Positions 58,726 through 64,000 of a stretch of 64,000 nt of DNA are shown piece after piece. The stretch is from NCBI GenBank assembly GCA_900317625.1, contig ONHK01000010.1:6039-70038 (forward strand), written 5' to 3'. The position numbers and the translations under genes were made by a program. The notes under the pieces are model-generated. The model saw only the letters and a list, made by a program, of their open reading frames with translations, was not told the DNA's origin and searched no databases. Each line of letters starts with the position of its first letter. Position 1 is the stretch's first letter. The DNA is from an uncultured Treponema sp. (GTDB lineage Bacteria > Spirochaetota > Spirochaetia > Treponematales > Treponemataceae).

Positions 58726-59698
58726 AATAATTTTATTATATCATAGTTCCAGAAAAAAGGGTGTCTTAATTGCCGTTCGTTCCAGCCGTACTTCGTACAG
58801 CTTCCACTCACTACGATTCTCGAGTTCCAGTAAATGCTCCGTCCAAAAAGGTTGCAAAAAGACAGCTCTCTCATTCACTCATTCCGCTGCACTTCGTTCC
58901 GCTCCATTCGTTCATTCGTTCGCAGACTTTTTGCATATACTAGGAAGCTCGCAAGGTGGTCTTTGTGAAAGCGGCGCAAGGAGCAATGCAAGCACAGTCA
59001 GCCCAGTCGCTTCGTGCATCTGCTTCGCAGTAGCACTACGCTTTGTGGTCTGCCTGTTTCCGCAGGCGGGCCCATCGTTGTAAGGGGTCTATTTTTGCAA
59101 AAGCCGCTAAGCGTATCCGTTACGCGCTGAATAATTATCGTGAACCAGAAATGTATCGTCCGCGTAGGTCGCAACTAAAACAAGCGGGCACGCAAAATGT
59201 TTTCCCCCTTTCCCCCCTGCCGCGGGGCACCCCCCCTAAACCCCCTTTCGAAAAAATAAGGAATGTAATTGAACCGCTCTCGGGGGGATAGGGGGCAAAC
59301 CTTTTGCTCAACATTACAGTTGTCCCGCTTGTTTTAGATGCTCAGTTGGTTCTACAAGGGCGGCTTTTCGGGAACTTCTTTCGTATGTGACAAATGGTTG
59401 CCTCAATCGCACCGCCCAGCGCGGGCGGCGCTCAATCGGCAAGGCGGTTCTGTTGAGCCGCCTGAGTCGTTCGCACACCAGGACAAGCCTGGTGCGCTCT
59501 CTCCTTGTGGCGCAGAAAGAAAAGCAGGAAGCAGAACTAGCGCCACTTTAGTTCTCCAGAAAGTCTCCGCTAAAAAAATGGCTGTTGCCATTTTTTCTTA
59601 ACGCTCCGACCTACCGTGAAAACTTCAAACACTCTGGTCGCGCGTCCTTGCGCTCCCGTCGCTTGCCGAGTTCTCGGACATTGATTTATAATTGACAT

Positions 59699-59941
59699 AT
59701 GAACTTTGAAGAATCTGATGAAATCCACTTTGAGAAAAACGGATACGATTTCTGCAAACATCATGAATCAGATCCAATCTGGTCTGCGACCAGGATCGAT
59801 GTTGATGAAACAGGACCATTTCTTTTCAGCTTTGACTGTGAGGTAGTTTACAACTTCTGGACCGATTATCCTGGAAAGCTCACAGCTGAACAAATCGAAC
59901 TTTTCAAAAAGTGGAATCCAACAATGGCTGCTCTAAAATAA
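59699..59941 (+). CDS. Small hypothetical protein
   Basis: FLFSFD...YNFW.DYP..LT.EQ..F...NP pattern; TTGCCG-N18-TATAAT directly upstream. Confidence 0.7.
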   Translation: MNFEESDEIHFEKNGYDFCKHHESDPIWSATRIDVDETGPFLFSFDCEVVYNFWTDYPGKLTAEQIELFKKWNPTMAALK

Positions 59942-60016
59942 AAAACGCGGGGGGAGCGCGCGCAGCGGTCTTGAAAAACTTGCAAAAAGTTTTAATCTGG
60001 TAACGTCCAATTAAAA

Positions 60017-60284
60017 CAACGCATAGTTGTTTATATCCGTATTTTTTAAATATATATCTATACTCTTATAAATATTTATCTTTTTCCTTTAGTAAAGCGT
60101 TGCTAAAGAAAATTTATAAAATAAAGCAACTCAAAACAACTCAATAATATTTCAATTCTTATCTAACAAACTCAAAAACAACAACACTTTTGCAACGCAT
60201 ACGTTTTTTAATGCGTTGCGAACAACGCATTTATTTCAATCCACCGCAAGGACGGCTTTCTGCTCTTTATTCTTGGCAACGCAT
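60017..60284. repeat. CAACGCAT iteron-like repeats around an AT-rich tract
   Basis: Direct copies at 60017, 60193, 60223 and 60277; inverted copy at 60211; variants at 60097, 60127 and 60137. Confidence 0.65.
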
Positions 60285-60392
60285 AAAAGGCGAAGCCTAT
60301 CGGGGGCACGGGGGTTTGTAAAAACGCTGATAAATCAACCCAACATTTTGAAATACTAAAGGAAGTTCAAAAGAGTTATAAAGAATAAGATA

Positions 60393-61436
60393 TTACTTAT
60401 CTTTGTTCATTATGTTTTCTAATTCTTTTAATGTATCTTCCTCGTATAAATTTGTAAGATATTTAATTGGTAGATCCATAATGTATTCAGCTTGAGCAAA
60501 AGTAAAATTTAATTTTTTATGCAAATTAAATTCAGCTTCACTTTTATGCAAACTATTAGAAATTATTTTAAGGCATTTTTTTCTGAGTAAGTAAAATTTT
60601 TGAAGTCCTTGTAATAATTCTAATCTTTCCTTATTTTTACTTTCTCTGTTTTTTTCATTTTCGATATCTTCAACTTTTTTACAAATATCTGCTCCTGTTT
60701 TAGTTAAGCGACAGTTGCTTTCTTGATATGGGACAGTTTCAGGATTTTCTACATCAAATTCAATTAATGGTACAGATCTTTTTGAAAGTGATATTAAAAT
60801 TGATAATGTAAAATCGAAATCGAGAGATATTTGTTTTAATATATTCCCCATTGCGATACTAGTTTTTCTAAAATTTATATCATTTGCAAACAAAGCTAAT
60901 CGTTCATAATAATTAAGACCAGTAATTTCATCAGGGTATGAACTTTTTAAGAATTCTTTTGTAGAATCAATTTCCCTATAATTTGTATTTTCTTGTCGAA
61001 GAATATTCCATTCTGAATTTATTTTATCTTTTTCTTGTTCTTTTAAAAGAATTTTTTTATGCAATACTTCTTTTATTTTAGATGAACTTTCACCAGCCCA
61101 TGTCATAGTAGGAAATTTATCACATTCCCTTAAATTCATAACATATATATTACCTTTATAATTTGATAAAAGGTAACATGCGTAATAAAAACCAGATAAC
61201 TCATTAGGAGCGTCGTTTGAATACCATATTCTAAAATCATCCCCATTTTTAAAACATTCTTCAAAATCTACCTTTTTTGTACGATATTTTGAAATATCCC
61301 AATGTTTATCAAGATCTTCTTCAGTTGCTATTGGGCCATAAAAAAAATTATCAGGAAATATAAGTATATCATTATAAGAGACACCTGCTTGTTCCATAGA
61401 TGCACCAGTGGAATCACTAAAAATTATTTCTTTCAT
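60393..61436 (-). CDS. DUF1835/DUF3658-like protein with a C-terminal GyrA/ParC C-gate-like segment
   Basis: FSDSTGASM, YGPI, RIWYS, EWNILRQEN; tail ERLELLQGL..QAEYIMDLPIKYLT; GGAGG RBS. Confidence 0.7.
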   Translation of the reverse strand: MKEIIFSDSTGASMEQAGVSYNDILIFPDNFFYGPIATEEDLDKHWDISKYRTKKVDFEECFKNGDDFRIWYSNDAPNELSGFYYACYLLSNYKGNIYVMNLRECDKFPTMTWAGESSSKIKEVLHKKILLKEQEKDKINSEWNILRQENTNYREIDSTKEFLKSSYPDEITGLNYYERLALFANDINFRKTSIAMGNILKQISLDFDFTLSILISLSKRSVPLIEFDVENPETVPYQESNCRLTKTGADICKKVEDIENEKNRESKNKERLELLQGLQKFYLLRKKCLKIISNSLHKSEAEFNLHKKLNFTFAQAEYIMDLPIKYLTNLYEEDTLKELENIMNKDK

Positions 61437-61629
61437 TTGCTTTTTCCTCCGTAATTTATGCGCTATTATTTTATCTTGTACTGGTATAATAAAACATGAG
61501 CTATGACAACGAAAGTCACAGGTAACACAAATGTTTGCAAGTTTTATTTTATTTTATTTTTCAGTTTTCCTACGTCATTATATGGCATACCTCACATGAT
61601 ATATTTAATTGAATTTACGGAGGTATCCT

Positions 61630-62019
61630 ATGCCAGTATCAACATTAAACAACTCTATCATAAGTTATTGTGACTTCTTCAATAAGCTTTGTAAACATCC
61701 AAATAATACAGATATTCAGGTATCCTTGGAATCAGTAAAAAAATACTACAACAGATATAAAGACAATAAAAGTTTAATTAGTGAAATACAACACTATTAT
61801 GATAAACTCAAAACCGAACAATCTTATGACATTCTGCTATCTTTTGAAGAATATGAACAATTATGGGCATATATTCATTTAATGATTGAAGTAATCGAAG
61901 GTAAAACTATAAATCTTTGGGAAAGAATCCGTTCTTTTTCTGATATGAATGCTTTTCAAAATGGAATGGCAAGGCTTTGGTCCAATGGGCATAAAACTGT
62001 TTATACAATAATCTTGTAA
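61630..62019 (+). CDS. Hypothetical protein
   Basis: GGAGG RBS before ATG 61630. Confidence 0.7.
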   Translation: MPVSTLNNSIISYCDFFNKLCKHPNNTDIQVSLESVKKYYNRYKDNKSLISEIQHYYDKLKTEQSYDILLSFEEYEQLWAYIHLMIEVIEGKTINLWERIRSFSDMNAFQNGMARLWSNGHKTVYTIIL

Positions 62020-62041
62020 TATTATTTTAAAAGAGGCTTAT

Positions 62042-62941
62042 ATGATTTATTTAAGAAAATTTGATTTAGCATCATTAGAAGCAGAAGGCAATATTATTAA
62101 GCATTGGAAAAATAAATTAACTATTGGAACCGGTTTATATCCTTTTAATATATTTCCATTAAAAGAAATTTATTCTTTTTCTTTTGAGAATCCTATAACT
62201 ATTTTGTACGGAGATAATGGTAGTGGAAAAAGTACTTTGCTGAATATAATCGCTGAGAAATTAAAACTCAAACGTAGTGCAGCTTACAACAGAACTCATT
62301 GGTTTAATGAATATATTTCTTATTGTAATTATGAAGGAAATATTCCAGAACAAAGCAAAATCATAACAAGCGATGATGTATTTGATTTTATGCTTGGTTT
62401 TCGGGAAATGAATCAAGGTATAGAACTTAAGCGAGAACTAATTATTGATAAATTCAATGATATTAGAAATGAAAAAGAGATACAAGGTTTATCATTGAAG
62501 GATTATGCAAATAAAATAGATTGTAATAATCCTGAAACTTTTATTGAGTTCGAAGAAGTTTGGGAAGCTGTAAAAGGTTCCTTAAATCAGTTTCAGAAAA
62601 AACGTGTTAGAAGAAATATTCCAGGTAAATCAAATGGGGAAAGTGCTATCGTCTTTTTCTTTGATAAAATCCAAGAAAATGCGCTTTATTTACTTGACGA
62701 ACCAGAGAATTCCCTTTCTCCAGAGCGGCAGCTTCAACTTCTGGAATATATTCAAAACAGTGCAATTGGATGTGGATGCCAATTTATTATTGCTACACAT
62801 TCACCGTTTTTGTTATCATTAAAACGTTCTCAAATATATGATTTGGATGACATTCCTGTTCATACAAAGAAATGGACAGAACTCAAAAATGTTCGAACTT
62901 ATCGTAATTTTTTTATTGAACATGAAAATGAATTCAAGTAA
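62042..62941 (+). CDS. Soluble ABC-type ATPase (COG3910/AAA_21-like)
   Basis: GDNGSGKS, SNGES, LLDEPE, ATHS. Confidence 0.88.
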   Translation: MIYLRKFDLASLEAEGNIIKHWKNKLTIGTGLYPFNIFPLKEIYSFSFENPITILYGDNGSGKSTLLNIIAEKLKLKRSAAYNRTHWFNEYISYCNYEGNIPEQSKIITSDDVFDFMLGFREMNQGIELKRELIIDKFNDIRNEKEIQGLSLKDYANKIDCNNPETFIEFEEVWEAVKGSLNQFQKKRVRRNIPGKSNGESAIVFFFDKIQENALYLLDEPENSLSPERQLQLLEYIQNSAIGCGCQFIIATHSPFLLSLKRSQIYDLDDIPVHTKKWTELKNVRTYRNFFIEHENEFK

Positions 62942-62975
62942 AGAATAAAACCTTTATAAATGTTAGTATTAAATT

Positions 62976-63839
62976 ATGAACACCATAACAAATAAAAAAG
63001 CACTTAAAAAAGCAGATGAACTCGGAAAAAACTCAACAGAAAAGGATGTCCAGGAATTAGATTCCAAACTCCCTGCAATGAAAAAAGGTGTCATCGCTAA
63101 AATCTGGGACAAAGTTCTTTTTCTTTGGGAACAAGCAAAGTCGCCAGAAGTTCCTCTTCGCCTTAAGCTTGTAATTGTCGGTGCTCTTTTATATCTGGTG
63201 CTACCAATTGATATTGTACCAGATACAATTCCTGGAATAGGTTTATTAGATGATCTCTCAGTAATTCTTACAGTTTTCCGTGAGGTCTCTAAATATGCAC
63301 TTCCGAAATTGGAAAAGAAGATTGAAAATAAATTCTATGAAGTCAGTTATCAAAAAATAGATGAAAAGCTTTCAGAAGTTTATAAATCAATTTTGGCAAC
63401 GACAATAATTACATTCTTTGTAAATGCAGTCGGTTGCACAATCCTGGTTACAAAACCATTCGGCAATGTTATTTCAAGAAAGGTTGCAGTTGCAATTTTC
63501 TTTTTAATTTTTGTATATGCTTTAATCCGCTTTATCATCTATCTAAAGAATTATGGCAATCTTACAAAAAAAATTACTTCGTCGATTTATAAAAAGAAAA
63601 GCTTTTCTCAGGGTATTTCAGATTTTGTTTGCAGCGAATACAAATATATTGCCTATCTTTTTGATGGACTCCAGATTGTAAAGTCAGTTGTTCCTGAACT
63701 TAAAGATATTCCTGACGGTCCAAAGATTGTAAAAACATTCAAAAATCATTATAGAAAAAGAATCATCCTCTTTAGTGTTTTCTTTGTCTTGTATTCGTTT
63801 TTGATTATGGCAACAAAGTTTATTTTGTTTAGAATATAA
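62976..63839 (+). CDS. YkvA/DUF1232 membrane protein with an extended C-terminus
   Basis: ALLYLVLPIDIVPDTIPGIGLLDD. Confidence 0.85.
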   Translation: MNTITNKKALKKADELGKNSTEKDVQELDSKLPAMKKGVIAKIWDKVLFLWEQAKSPEVPLRLKLVIVGALLYLVLPIDIVPDTIPGIGLLDDLSVILTVFREVSKYALPKLEKKIENKFYEVSYQKIDEKLSEVYKSILATTIITFFVNAVGCTILVTKPFGNVISRKVAVAIFFLIFVYALIRFIIYLKNYGNLTKKITSSIYKKKSFSQGISDFVCSEYKYIAYLFDGLQIVKSVVPELKDIPDGPKIVKTFKNHYRKRIILFSVFFVLYSFLIMATKFILFRI

Positions 63840-63925
63840 AAAAATCAAAAATATTTTTTTACCCCTGTCATTCCTTGTCATACCTATGATGTTATTATTT
63901 GTTTAGATGATGACAGGAGGACTGT

Positions 63926-64000
63926 ATGAAAACAATTTATCTTAATCAGGCAATAATCAGTTACGTAGAATTTATGCGAAGGGTTATTTTTATTAAAAAT
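63926..64000 (+). CDS. Start of a hypothetical protein (partial), similar to the N-terminus of 61630
   Basis: GGGAG RBS; MKTIYLNQAIISYVEF.. open to the window end. Confidence 0.6.
   Translation, partial: MKTIYLNQAIISYVEFMRRVIFIKN

Larger units (their letters stand above)
58154..64000. mobile_element. Left part of an element integrated at tRNA-Asn (extends beyond the window)
   Basis: tRNA 3' remnant, arm-like repeats, visible shift in composition, accessory genes; no integrase in the window. Confidence 0.7.

Noticed and set aside
59175-59337. Retron msr-msd
   Set aside because: A terminal IR is present but there is no reverse transcriptase in the window
59043-59601. Short ORFs in the hairpin region
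   Set aside because: No RBS or recognisable domains; better explained by GC-rich structured DNA

Overview
Chromosomal segment from a Treponema-like spirochaete (inferred from gene content and order, e.g. hprK-ptsH-lexA-holA, fliS-flgN, pyrG-lptCAB, gatCAB, cheR-cheB, fliL). About 1-57.9 kb is mostly core genome. Its intergenic spaces carry at least two families of structured repeats, including ~195-bp long hairpins with compensatory base changes, two of which flank folA. At ~58.1 kb a 3' half of tRNA-Asn (an att-site remnant) marks the left edge of an integrated element that runs off the window. That element holds a hairpin-dense non-coding stretch, iteron-like repeats and AT-rich cargo genes, three of which share a promoter motif. 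The main oddities are a syntenic CTP synthase whose glutaminase nucleophile Cys is replaced by Asp, an island protein carrying a GyrA/ParC C-gate-like tail, a protease-less FtsH paralogue, and many apparently leaderless genes. All family assignments come from motif recognition by eye; no searches were run.
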